A DNA stretch of 64,000 nt from Ylistrum balloti (lineage: Eukaryota): NCBI RefSeq assembly GCF_031769215.1, contig NW_026782039.1, positions 372,001-436,000 of the forward strand. Direction: 5' to 3'. A model generated the notes under the pieces. It saw nothing but the letters and a program-made list of their open reading frames with translations, did no database searches and was not told the origin of the DNA. Shown here in pieces: positions 62,901 through 64,000 of this stretch; position 1 is the stretch's first letter; every line of letters begins with the position of its first letter. Made by a program: the position numbers and the translations under genes.

Positions 62901-64000
62901 TATCACACAACAGAACCAACAGACAAACTAACGAGTACCAAACATGTCCAGCTTCATATCATACAACAGACCAACAGGTAAACTAACCAGTATCAAACAT
63001 GTCCAGCTTCATATCATACAACAGACCAACAGGCAAACTAACGAACAGCAAACACGTCCAGATTCATGTCACACAACAGAACCAACAGTCAAACTAACGA
63101 ACATCAAACATGTTCAGCTTCATATCACACAACGGAATCAACAGGTAAACTAACGAGCATCAAACATGTCCAGCTTTATATCGTAAAACAGAACCAACAG
63201 ACAAATTAACGAACAGCAAACACGTCCACATTCATATCACACAACAGAACCAACAGTCAAACTAACAAACATCAAACACGTCCAGCTTCATATCACACAA
63301 CAGAAACAACAGTCAAACTAACGAACAGCAAACACGTCCAGATTCATGTCACACAACAGAACCAACAGTCAAACTAACGAACATCAAACATGTCCAGCTT
63401 CATATCACACAACGGAATCAACAGGTAAACTAACGAGCATCAAACATGTCCAGCTTTATATCGTAAAACAGAACTAACAGACAAACTAACGAGCATCAAA
63501 ACATGTCCAGCTTTATATCGTAAAACAGAACCAACAGACAAACTAACGAACATCAAACACGTCCACATTCATATCACACAACAGAACCAACAGGCAAACT
63601 AACAAACATCAAACACGTCCAGATTCATATCACACAACAGAACCAACAGTCAAACTAACGAACATCAAACACGTCCAGATTCATATCACACAACAGAATC
63701 AAGAGACAAACTAACGAACATCAAACACGTCCAGATTCATGTCACACAACAGAACCAACAGTCAAACTAACGAACATCAAACATGTCCAGCTTCATATCA
63801 CACAACGGAATCAACAGGTAAACTAACGAGCATCAAACATGTCCAGCTTTATATCGTAAAACAGAACCAACAGACAAACTAACGAGCATCAAAACATGTC
63901 CAGCTTTATATCGTAAAACAGAACCAACAGACAAACTAACGAACATCAAACACGTCCACATTCATATCACACAACAGAACCAACAGACAAACTAACAAAC
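62885..64000. repeat. Tandem array, 56-bp unit, >=20 copies, with higher-order structure; runs off the window end
   Basis: ACAACAGAACCAACAGACAAACTAACGAGCATCAAACATGTCCAGCTTCATATCAC (62907, 62963...). Confidence 0.95.

Noticed and set aside
345-64000. CRISPR-like interpretation of the 30-37 bp repeats
   Set aside because: The units are head-to-tail with no unique spacers, there are no cas genes, and the DNA is eukaryotic and intron-containing.

Overview
AT-rich eukaryotic genomic DNA with spliceosomal introns and two assembly gaps (26720-26875, 35268-35490). The repeat and gene content suggests a mollusc, probably a bivalve (inference). Two spliced genes can be reconstructed by hand. (1) A 4-exon minus-strand SIMC1-like gene (about 923 aa, 26462->14394) has an N-terminal SIM plus a UIM-like motif. 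(2) A plus-strand neuropeptide precursor (83 aa; coding exons 54678-54863 and 58256-58321, candidate promoter and 5'UTR exon near 49330-49469) is predicted to release pQWAQTFGWGGAGN-amide and has an AKH/RPCH-type two-cysteine associated peptide. There is also an orphan 402-aa terminal-exon-like ORF. Mobile DNA includes a long, recently decayed RTE-X-like LINE, several Penelope-like remnants, Tc1 and mariner remnants, SINE/MITE-like pieces, and a dispersed family carrying minimal type I hammerhead ribozyme motifs. Roughly a quarter of the window consists of about 17 unrelated tandem arrays (30-78 bp units). At least two of them can be traced to mobile-element sequence in the same window. Most long ORFs in the supplied track are artefacts of these arrays. 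All calls come from manual reading; no searches were run.
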